This document shows positions 37,463 through 46,530 of a stretch of DNA of 46,530 nucleotides, one piece after another. This DNA comes from Basidiobolus ranarum (Eukaryota), in NCBI GenBank assembly GCA_040143965.1, contig JASJQH010006898.1:1-46530 (forward strand). The letters are read 5' to 3'. How positions within the stretch are numbered: position 1 is the first letter of the stretch; every line of letters starts with the position of its first letter. Under the pieces are notes generated by a model that saw only the letters and a program-made list of their open reading frames with translations, ran no database searches and was not told the origin of the DNA. Made by a program: the position numbers and the translations under genes.

Positions 37463-39404
37463 TTACTGAGAATGAGATGTCCGACAGGATGACGGTGGTT
37501 TAAGAATGATTTCTACATTAAAAATTAAGTCAATAAAAAATGAGGGTGCCTTTAGTTTTCTTAATACTTACCTTCACAAAAGTCTTTGAGGCAGTGACTA
37601 CAATCTGAAGCTGGTTTGCTGCAGCCACAACCACATGTTTTAATTCCATCTGTATCTACATAGAACGTAGGATTTTCTGGATCAAAACAACAACTGCAGC
37701 CGCCTGTAGAATCCTTATCACCACTACCACAACACGAGCCGGTTTTGGCCTTAGCATCTTGTGCTTTTTCTTCGGTAGTATTGGCATGACTTGAGCAACA
37801 TTTTTTTTCTAACTTAGTCTCCACGATGGACTTCGCGGCATCGGATTCATTAGGATGTTCCTGCGGCTGACAACAGTTTTTAGCTGGATTGACACTTCTA
37901 TATACGCTTTGGATAAGCTCATTTTTATCTACGGAACTAAGGTCGTCAAGGTTAGCGTCATCCGCAGACCGCTTTAGACCGTGTTTGTTAGAAACATTTT
38001 CAACAATAGTTAAAACAGAATCGTTTTTGGTATTTGGATCAGGTGAAGCGTAAGTATGTGCTTCCTTTGCTATGCTGTTGTATTCGTTAAGATGTCCATT
38101 GATTTTCTTCTTATCAAGAGTTTTTTTGTTTCCACAGCATTTGGTGCTACATGACTCGCAATTTGCTCCACACGAACTCCCACACTGCAAAGTAAGTCTG
38201 AGCGCTTCAGTATCAACGCCAGTCCCGTCAAACTCAGCATAAAAATCGTACTCATCTGGAATACTGAAACATGTACATCCAAAACCTTCTCCACAACGAC
38301 AAGGATTCATCAATGATTCCACTGTTGGAAAAATAAAATCACATTACTATTATATTCTTTTAACCGTGATGTTTCACTTTATACTTACAGGCTAATTTGT
38401 GATTGAGCCCAAGTTTACGTGTGCTATGCTGTAAACTTGTAATAAGCTTGGCTCTATTTGAATCTAGTTTGGTTTTGAAATATTAAGTACACGGAAGTGG
38501 AAATGATATCAAGTCATTAAATAGCTCACCTTTGTTACTTGATGCTGTTTTTTTTGATACGGAGGAGATTGGCGACTCTTGAATTGATTCGTTCTTCTTA
38601 GAACAACAACTATTGACTTTACTATCTTTTAGGGCTGTTGTATCTGTTTTTTCAGTATTAGAAACTATTGCTGTGTCTGATTTTCTAGATTGACTGATAT
38701 TTGGCTGAATGCCATTCATAGATGAACAACAGCCATTGCTACGAGAGGGAGGACTAGAATCTTGTTGAGACTCGGTAGAGTTAGATTTGGTATTCGTCTG
38801 AGATCCACAACCTGATCTACAAGATTTACATGCGCTCGAACAAGAATTTACATTTTTTAAAGTAGTTTTGTTGGTTTTCGAGTCAATGCCAGCGTCATTC
38901 ATATTTGTATAAACCTCCTCAGAAGTACTACAACATCTACAAGGAAACCCTTCAGAACAACGACATGGATTGAGAAGTGAGGTAACTGAATAAAAGTTGT
39001 TGGTTAAACAAACAAAGTACCATTAAAATATATGAATAAAATCCACAAACCAGTAAATTTCTCGTTCTTCTTTACTTCTTCAGTGGAAGTTTTCAAGTCC
39101 ACTATATCTTCTCCCAAGACATCGTTTTCTTAAAATAAAAAAAGAGTCCCAACCAAATTAGACAGTGAACACAAAGTAAATTTATTAAATATAAAAATAT
39201 ACCTTCTGTGTCTGGTCTAGCACAAATACATTTCACATGTATCTTTTTGGTTTTTCTTAGTTCACGACAATGGTTGCACTGTGAAACGGGTCGACCTTTT
39301 TTTTTTATTTCAAAAAGTTGTCGTTTTAGATGACTACAAGAAGAAGACCGATGACCCCGAATACATGTTTCGCAAGCATACTTTATCCCGTTAATAAGGA
39401 CCAT
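37463..39404 (-). CDS. Copper-fist transcription factor, Ace1/Cup2-like, Cys-rich, 6 exons
   Basis: MVLINGIKYACETCIRGHRSSSC.H..L..IKKKGRPVSQC.HCRELR..C.C, then CRCSEGFPCRC (compare Ace1 CRCDEGEPCKC), with many CC/CxC clusters. Last exon EIILKPPSSCRTSHSQ*. Confidence 0.9.
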
Positions 39405-39947
39405 TTAATATGGGGTTTGGAAGAGTATATTCCCATACACTTCAGTGGAAATACGTAGATGTGAAAAGCGTATATAGCGGTAAAGAACGAAGAATTTATA
39501 TGATTTGTCTATTGTGATTTTTTGCTTACTAAAATATCAATAGCATGGAATGAGAGATTTTTGCTTAAGAGATTAGTAACATCAATCTAGTTTCTCATAA
39601 TCTAGTTATCCATTATCAGAAAGAATTTATGTCCATCTGACTCATGATATATAGATAAATCCTCAGGCAGAAGTTAGAATTCAAATACACGGGGAGATCC
39701 CTCGGGTCAACTAACGAAAGTCATATGTACCATATCACCACCTTATCACCATAGAATTTTCTTTCCAAATCCATATTGATTGGAGTCCAACAAATTGGTT
39801 CGTTGAAGAATTTTCCAACCTAACCATATTCGTGAGGAATAATCCGAGATACAGCTCATACTGTCAAATCTGCTTTCATTTATATAATATAGGCATGTCC
39901 CCATCATATCCGCTCTTTCCCACCTTCGTGGGTGTTCCGAAAGCTTC

Positions 39948-39962
39948 CGAAGGTTCTTGAAA
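39948..39962. promoter_or_regulatory. Perfect three-unit heat shock element cGAAggTTCttGAAa
   Basis: Exact nGAAnnTTCnnGAAn about 545 bp upstream of the copper-fist gene ATG. Confidence 0.4.
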
Positions 39963-40510
39963 CGCTTGGCTTGGCATCGTGTCACATTCACTGTTACACT
40001 TCCCATGGTACAAGTTGAACTATAATCATATGCTGACATTCCATTCAAATGAATGAAAAATACTGAAAAGGTTATTTAAGGTTTTTGTATGAGAAAATCG
40101 AATGAATGTTCTACCACCTTGGAATGAATGTTCTATGACCTTTGATCATTCCCCTAATGTTGCCTCTCTATACTTATAAGCGCTAGTAGTCAATCGGTGG
40201 TACATATATACCTTAATCGATGGCTATACTCAGGTCAATTAATGGTACTTATTATCCTAAATTAATTCTATGTAAGGGAAGGAGAATATCGACCCAACTT
40301 GGTTCTCGAAAAAAACGATGTTTACCCAAACTAGTTACATTGCATTCGAGAAAAGGGAATATTTTTGGATTGACTTTATAGTATGTACAATCAGTATCAA
40401 AGAAATAGCTTGAAATGAGTTACATTATGGAAAGAATTGTTGCTATGTTACAAAAGTAAAGTACTGTAAAAGGAAAAATCGATGCCATGATTTCTAACCG
40501 TTAATAATTC

Positions 40511-41611
40511 CTATTGTAAGAAGTAACTCTGATGCTGATGATGCTGTAAGCTATCGTTAGGTGAAGAGGGCGCTGAGTGATAACCACTATGTGAGGTGAC
40601 GGGTGGAGCAAGACCTTGATGGGCCAATACTCCATTGGAAATGGACATATGGCGAGTGTGATGATAGTTGTTACCATGCTGGCTATGGCCCATTCCTATA
40701 CTATGAATGTTACCCACACTAACGGATTGAGTCTGCGAGTAGGGGTGCCCAGGGATAGTAGTTGCTGTTGGTACACCATTGTGAACTTGGGAGTGGTATT
40801 GGCCGGGAAGTGATAGATGTCTTGTTTTATCGGGGAAGTATGACCCGGAGTACCCTGTGGGTGAAGTCATATGGATTTGTTTGCCTGGATTGCCAGCGTA
40901 GGGAATTTCGAAGGGACTCTTGGGCTCCTGTTCCCACCCAGGTGATATATTTGGGGAAGCATCGGATTGAAGTTGCGGTAGATTTTGAGCACTAGTTCGA
41001 TCGACAGTGATGGTGGGCGGTCTTTTGGTGGGATCAAGTCGGGGAGCAACTGCTCGCGTACTCTTCAGAGTATGATTTTCGCTTCGTAATTCATGGGCCT
41101 CGGCTTGAAGCTCCCTGATGTATTCTATTGCCAAGCGGAGTACATTACTCCGAGCAAACTTATCTTGTTGTGCATTAGGGATGATTTCTGATAACTCTTC
41201 AATGGCGCTGTTGATCATGTCACGTCTTCTACGTTCTACACGATTATGTTGAGCTCTTCTTTTTTGTAGTCTTTCGATCGCAGTTTTACTGTCAATATCA
41301 TCTCGATTCAAAATATTCACTCCTTGAACCTTATATATCTCACGTTTACGTGAATCTTTGGTTTTGTATAGCTTTTCGGGATTGAATTCTCTGATGGAAT
41401 CTTCAAAAAGGTATCCTTTTAATTTCCGACTTATAATCTTGCTTTGAAGAGAAACCTTGTCAGGTTGAGGCTTGGATTGACTGCTCACAGACGTTGATGG
41501 TTGAAAATAATCAGTCGCTCCAATTGGAGTATTGGGCGAGGTAGCAGATTGATCAAAAGTGACTGGAGAGTACGATACAGAGCTATTTTCAGAGACGGTT
41601 GGAAAGCTCAT
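40511..41611 (-). CDS. bHLH(-ZIP) transcription factor, intronless, 366 aa
   Basis: KRRAQHNRVERRRRDMINSAIEELSEII..RSNVLRLAIEYIRELQ (H-E-R E-box type) followed by a coiled coil. Preceded by the YKVQGVNILNR motif. Confidence 0.9.
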   Translation of the reverse strand: MSFPTVSENSSVSYSPVTFDQSATSPNTPIGATDYFQPSTSVSSQSKPQPDKVSLQSKIISRKLKGYLFEDSIREFNPEKLYKTKDSRKREIYKVQGVNILNRDDIDSKTAIERLQKRRAQHNRVERRRRDMINSAIEELSEIIPNAQQDKFARSNVLRLAIEYIRELQAEAHELRSENHTLKSTRAVAPRLDPTKRPPTITVDRTSAQNLPQLQSDASPNISPGWEQEPKSPFEIPYAGNPGKQIHMTSPTGYSGSYFPDKTRHLSLPGQYHSQVHNGVPTATTIPGHPYSQTQSVSVGNIHSIGMGHSQHGNNYHHTRHMSISNGVLAHQGLAPPVTSHSGYHSAPSSPNDSLQHHQHQSYFLQ

Positions 41612-44307
41612 GTTGAGGGATAATTAATAGGAGACAGGTAAGGTTTTAAGATTAGATGTGAGCTATCTCGTTGGGGCTCGGGTGTCCTTATAAACGTTAT
41701 CGCGCTGAGCTATTTCGCCGGTGTTTTAAGGTAAATTATGGGATTTCTCAGTTGCTTCTTTTGGTCGATCAATTTACCAAAGTTAGAATTAAGTTTGATG
41801 TTTCGAGTACAATTTTTCCTATTTGGGATTTTCTAGTAAGTTAGAGTCAGCTGGAGCAGAGTTCCAAAATCAACAACCTAATCCCAATACTGCCATGTCA
41901 GTTCATATGTACATAAGCAGATATAGGTAGATAGATGGTGACTTATGTTCAGTATCTTGTTCGCGTTGCTTAGCCCATGAATGGGGATTCTAATCATTGC
42001 ATTGGCGCTCATCTTTTGGAGTCACGGACCTTTAGAGTGCCGGGATTTGTCTTTATTAAGTCAATATTCCCAAAACCATTGTCTACCAAGCCAATGATTC
42101 TGTAATTGGATAAATAAACTGTTTGTTAAGCTAACTACCTCAGGTGCCGTAGATCAGGGAATCTTCGGTGATAATAATGAACGTGCCAAAACCTTAATTC
42201 AACCACGAAAAAGAAGCAACTCCGATTAAAAATGGCTTTCTGAATAGCCACGGTTGATTGTAGTGCAACGGTGAGTGTGTTCACCTCCCACTAGTCAAGA
42301 TGTAAGAAGGTCCCATGCAATAGTGGAGCTCTCATCTCTCCAATTACATCTCGTGTTGATTTCTACTTTGATACGGAAACTCATTAACACAACTTCAGTC
42401 AGTCACTCTCCGGAACTTTTACTTGTGATACATTAAATGAGGCCCGCTTCCTGTTTGGATGGTAGGCTTTTCGATACGCCATATCTCATTGGTATCCATG
42501 AACCAAATGTGCCTTGGAGGGCTGATCTATTAGAAATAAACACTCGTGGTAGAAAGCGGGTGGGAGTGTTCTAGATTGTAGGTTTAACCATCTTTAGATG
42601 GAACGTCCCAGTGTCTCTATCTCACTCTCAAACTAAACCCAATTGAAGAGCTCTTAACCTTGGAGTAGTAGAGTAATTGGTAGTTCCAACACTCCACTGT
42701 TACATTCAAAGTAGATACTGTACGACATACACCATTTCTGAAATTCAATTTACCAGTGATTTCTCCCATTTCACTCGCTCGTTATAAGAGAGCTAAGAAT
42801 CACCCATTTGTAAAGCAAAGAATACTCATTCGAAAATCACATGAACGATCATACTAAGCCAAGGAATATGCGTTAAACAACATCTTCCACTTCGACAGGA
42901 AGTTGGTGTAGTTCGTTGGATAGAGGGATGCAATGGGGTGGACGTAGCTACAAGGGCAATAATGGTGAGAATAGATCAATAACAGTAATGTTTGTGAGAA
43001 TAGCCAAACATAGTTAATTGTAGCATATTTCACACATGAGAAATAACTTGTGCATGGAGATTATTCATAGAAATCATTCTATCCCCAAGTAGAGCGCTTT
43101 TGTAGAGCGTCCCAGAATGGAAAACTCTTATTGCTATCTTAATCATCTCTAAATTGAATTTCGATCATAACAAATATATCCTCCCTAATATTTTTCCATA
43201 TTTGGTGTTATCAATATTTTCTCTATCACCTATTGAATCAGCTAATTACTCAATTACGTTTGGGACACAAAGCAGTGTTATGAGATTTGTACAGATTTCG
43301 TTATGGTTATATACAATACTCATTGCCAAACTAGAAATAGAAAATCAAGGGTTGAGAAGCTGTTCTAGAGCTTCTAAACAGTTGGGCAGATGTCGAGTAC
43401 AAGAAAAACTCTGTCTTGGATCTAGCTGAATGTGGTGAACATTCTCAAGTGAATCCATAAGCACACACAAGTGATTGCATATGCTCAATTATAGCATTGC
43501 TACCTTATCCAAACGTCCCCTTTGACATTCTAGAAATATATGTCAACATTGATTCGATTTTATTTTGCCGCTAACTTATATAATTGTTTTATACTAATCG
43601 CAATGACTTGACAGGTTGTAGAGGCTTAGGCTTCATATAGTACATCATTCGCCTGTAGCTTACCAATACTCCAAGTATGCCATTTATAATATTACCAGCT
43701 TTGTGATCACTGCAAATCATGAATACTTTACCATTATGCACGCCACATTTTTGAAATCCAATCACTTCGTGAAAATGCTTTCATAGTAGTTTTTCTAGCT
43801 TACTACAAACTTGGATTAATTTGAACTATATCCAGGAAGAACCTTAATATTAGATGCTCCCTGTTTCCATGACTCATAGTTTTATTTATTCAACAATTGT
43901 GCTCAAGATGAATGTACTATTTCTCTCTATCGTGCCAGATCGTGAGGTATTGGTGATATTCTGCTTAATTTGTTACCATCCAACACTCATGGCATTATCC
44001 ATTTTGATCATTTGTACTCAGATCTTATCAAACAAGTCTCTAACTACTCATTGGCCTGAGTAAATCTGTCCTTAAGTCCCTTTTCTTAGGAACAAACATA
44101 CAAGAATAATAATTAATAAACTTAGTATCAATATTGATAGAAGCAAATGTCCTCTGCTGTTTACAATTTTCATGGATGGTGACATCTATATTTTTCTTTG
44201 TTTATATAACTTCATCATTTTCTTGTTGTTGAAAAAGACATAGCTTAAGCATCTCTATTGTCATATAGTTAGCTACCTAAACTCCGCTGTGCCATTATTT
44301 GCAATTC

Positions 44308-45280
44308 TGTTGAGGAGTTTACCCAGACTATTTTACCATCTTGGATGTTCTCCAAATATATAATCTTCTCAAAGTAGCCCAGGAGACCTCAAACATTGCA
44401 CACGTACTCCTGGGACCTTCCTTAACACATTCTGCATGTAAACTTGCTTTCATCTTGAGAACACTTTAAATGTAAACTCTCTACTCAAAAAATCATAAGG
44501 TAAAAAGACCAATATTTTTGGTTCTCCATGCCACTTCCAGCAAACCTCCAGGTTACTTTAACAGGCTATGAGCCCCAGGATTGCACTCTCTGCAATATCT
44601 ACTTCTCATATTCTGGGAACCCTTCCTTCCTTGGAGAAGTGGGATGGAGCCTAGTGTCTATTAAGATATTTGGGAGCCTGATGGAAGTGGTTTGGAGAAC
44701 TAGAGAAATTGGTGGTCTTTCCTTATTGAATCATTGAGTAGAAAGTTGACATTTATACTTTTGTCAAGATATAAGCAGAATAACATGTAGAATGTGTTAA
44801 GGAAGGCCTTACAGACATGTGTGCAAAGTCTGGGGCTTCTAGCACAAGTTTGAAAAATCCATATATCTGAGAACTTCCAAGTTGGTAAAAATATTCTAAG
44901 TAAGTTCCAATTGAGAGTAATGGGTAATATCTGTGAGAGTACTTGGGAGCTTGCTGGAAGTGGTCTGGAGAATTAGAGAAATTGGTAGTTTTTACATATT
45001 GATTTATTGAGTAAAAAGTTGATATCAATAGTTTGATCAAGATGTAAACAAACTACCATACAGAATGTGTTCAGCAAGATCTCAGGAACATGTGTGCAAA
45101 GTTTGATGTTTCTAGCACAAGTTTGAAAAAATCTATATATCTGAGAACTTCTAAGTTGGTAAGCATATTCTTAGTAAATTCTAATGGAGAATAATGGGTA
45201 ATATCTTGGTAAAATATGTCATAACTAAGTACTAAGCTATATATGACTATACAGGTGTTTAGGCAATGCAAATTTCAACC
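44308..45280 (-). repeat. Putative 3' LTR (~970 bp) of the copia element, with internal 274-bp tandem and inverted repeats
   Basis: Follows the polypurine tract TGAGGGAGAG (45290-45281). Begins GGTTGA (decayed TGTTGA) and ends TCAACA at 44308. Its first ~90 bp match a second copy at 46135. Confidence 0.6.
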
Positions 45281-45290
45281 CTCTCCCTCA

Positions 45291-46134
45291 ACAAAATAGT
45301 TATATATACTAATATATGGAAGGTCTAAGTTTCTCAAATTTTGGTCTAGCTAATAGTTTGGTTAATTTATAAGCAATCATGTCTTCTGTAGAACAATATG
45401 TTAAATCAATAAATTTATCCTCTATAGTCTCTCTAAAGAAATGCTGTCCCATTTCTTTATGTATGCTTCTAATAAGAAATGTGGGATTTCTAGCTAATTT
45501 GATACAACTTTGATTATCTTGAAATATTGTAGTTGGTGAATTTGGAGAATAGCCTTAATCAGTTAAGAGTTTTCTCAACCATATGGATTCTTTTGTTGCT
45601 TCATAGGCAGCCATGTATTCTGCTTGTGTTGTTGAAAGTGCTATGGCAGGTTGGTTTATTGATTTTCAGAAATAGCTCCATTCTAGCAAAGAAATGATTA
45701 TCCTGCTGTAGCTCTCCTGTCTTCTGTAACTCTTCCCCAATATACATCTCAATATCCCATCAGATCAAAGTTTGATCCAGAATATGTGTATCCTAAGCAC
45801 TGATCCATAGTATCATTCAAATATCTGAAAATCCACTTGACTGCTATGATTTGATCAGATCAATAATTTGAAGTAATTGGCACATACCTCCCACAGAATA
45901 TGTAGTATCAGGCCATGTTCCAACCATGATTTACATCATGCTACCAATCATAGATTGATATGGAAATTTCTGGCTTTCATTTGAATCACACATTATCTGA
46001 TTTAAGCCATTTTTGGTCAAATTAATATTTGTCTCCATTAGGGAAGATACTGGACTACATTCTTCCATTTTAAACTTCTTTAGTATATTCAGGATATAGT
46101 TGGACTGGTTTAAAGTTATTGTTTTAGTAGTTCT
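45291..46134 (-). mobile_element. Degenerate Ty1/copia pol remnant (RT C-terminus and RNase H)
   Basis: NQSNYILNILKKFKMEEC.PV, PYQSMIGSM, GTWPD, K.IFRYL, GY*DVYW, IALSTTQAEYMA, WLRKLL, IFQDNQSCIKLARNP, YCSTEDM, interrupted by stops and frameshifts. Confidence 0.92.
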
Positions 46135-46530
46135 TGTTGAGATTAGCATTGCCTAAACACCTAAATAGTCATATATAGCTTAGTACTTAGTTATCTTATA
46201 ATTTACTAAGATATTATCAATTATTCTGAATCAAAATCAGCTTCCAAGCCAAAGCCTGCTGGCACAAAAGGAAAGAAAACCAGCAAGAACAGAGGACTTA
46301 ATTGATGAGCAGTCTAGCAATCCACTATCAACTTTGGAAGGCATTAACATGCCAGAAACTAACTCAAGTAATGATGAAGCATTAATCAATTTACCAGATG
46401 TGTTCCTTTCCAGCAATAGTGCAAGTGAAGAGATTGTAATCACCCAATTATGTAGTAAATCAATAGTTGAGCAAAGTTCAACCAAAACACCATCAAGACC
46501 ATCAACTTCCAAAATGGCTACTTTGCCCAC
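46135..46530 (+). mobile_element. Second related element fragment in opposite orientation: LTR start followed by low-complexity coding-like sequence
   Basis: TGTTGAGATTAGCATTGCCTAAACACC...TAGCTTAGTACTTAGTTAT matches the reverse complement of about 45190-45280 and interrupts the RT frame. Confidence 0.65.

Noticed and set aside
42252-42314. tRNA-like 5' half (A-box-like TAGTGCAACGG, CTCCCAC loop, AGGTCC)
   Set aside because: No GTTCRA T-loop, and the D, anticodon and acceptor stems pair poorly. At most a decayed relic; tRNAscan-SE would decide.
44669-45206. Repeats as a CRISPR array or coding repeat (ORFs 44753-45040, 45071-45271)
   Set aside because: The units are 274 bp without unique spacers in a eukaryotic LTR context; the ORFs are incidental.
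603-46530. Numerous short antisense or overlapping ORFs in the track
   Set aside because: They are shadows of real exons or intron read-through, with no independent coding evidence.

Overview
Gene-dense, AT-rich eukaryotic DNA with many short (mostly ~55-90 nt) spliceosomal introns. Gene content and style point to an early-diverging (non-Dikarya) fungus, probably Zoopagomycota or Mucoromycota; this is inference. I reconstructed 19 protein-coding genes by hand-splicing: a Yox1-like homeobox factor, plant-type Pex22, Brr6/Brl1, a small orphan membrane protein, ORC3, tRNA ligase Trl1, a TBRG1-like FYR protein, an orphan 7TM protein, Grx5, an MGRN1/LOG2-like RING ligase, Exo70, cyclin B, an aldo-keto reductase, an Avt3/4 transporter, cyclin T/K, a CBA1-like membrane-anchored substrate-binding protein, an EF-hand type II NAD(P)H dehydrogenase, an Ace1-like copper-fist factor and a bHLH factor. 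The last ~2.2 kb is a decayed Ty1/copia element. Most notable: (1) a candidate fungal cobalamin-capture protein of the CBA1 family; (2) a U12-type minor intron in EXO70; (3) an apparently obligatory GA-AG intron in the NAD(P)H dehydrogenase; (4) an Ace1-like factor with an exon-duplicated Cu-binding module and a promoter rich in stress motifs; (5) a ~970 bp LTR built from a 274-bp unit in tandem and inverted copies, with a nested inverted LTR fragment and complete CpG loss over ~2.1 kb. Family assignments rest on motif recognition, not database searches.
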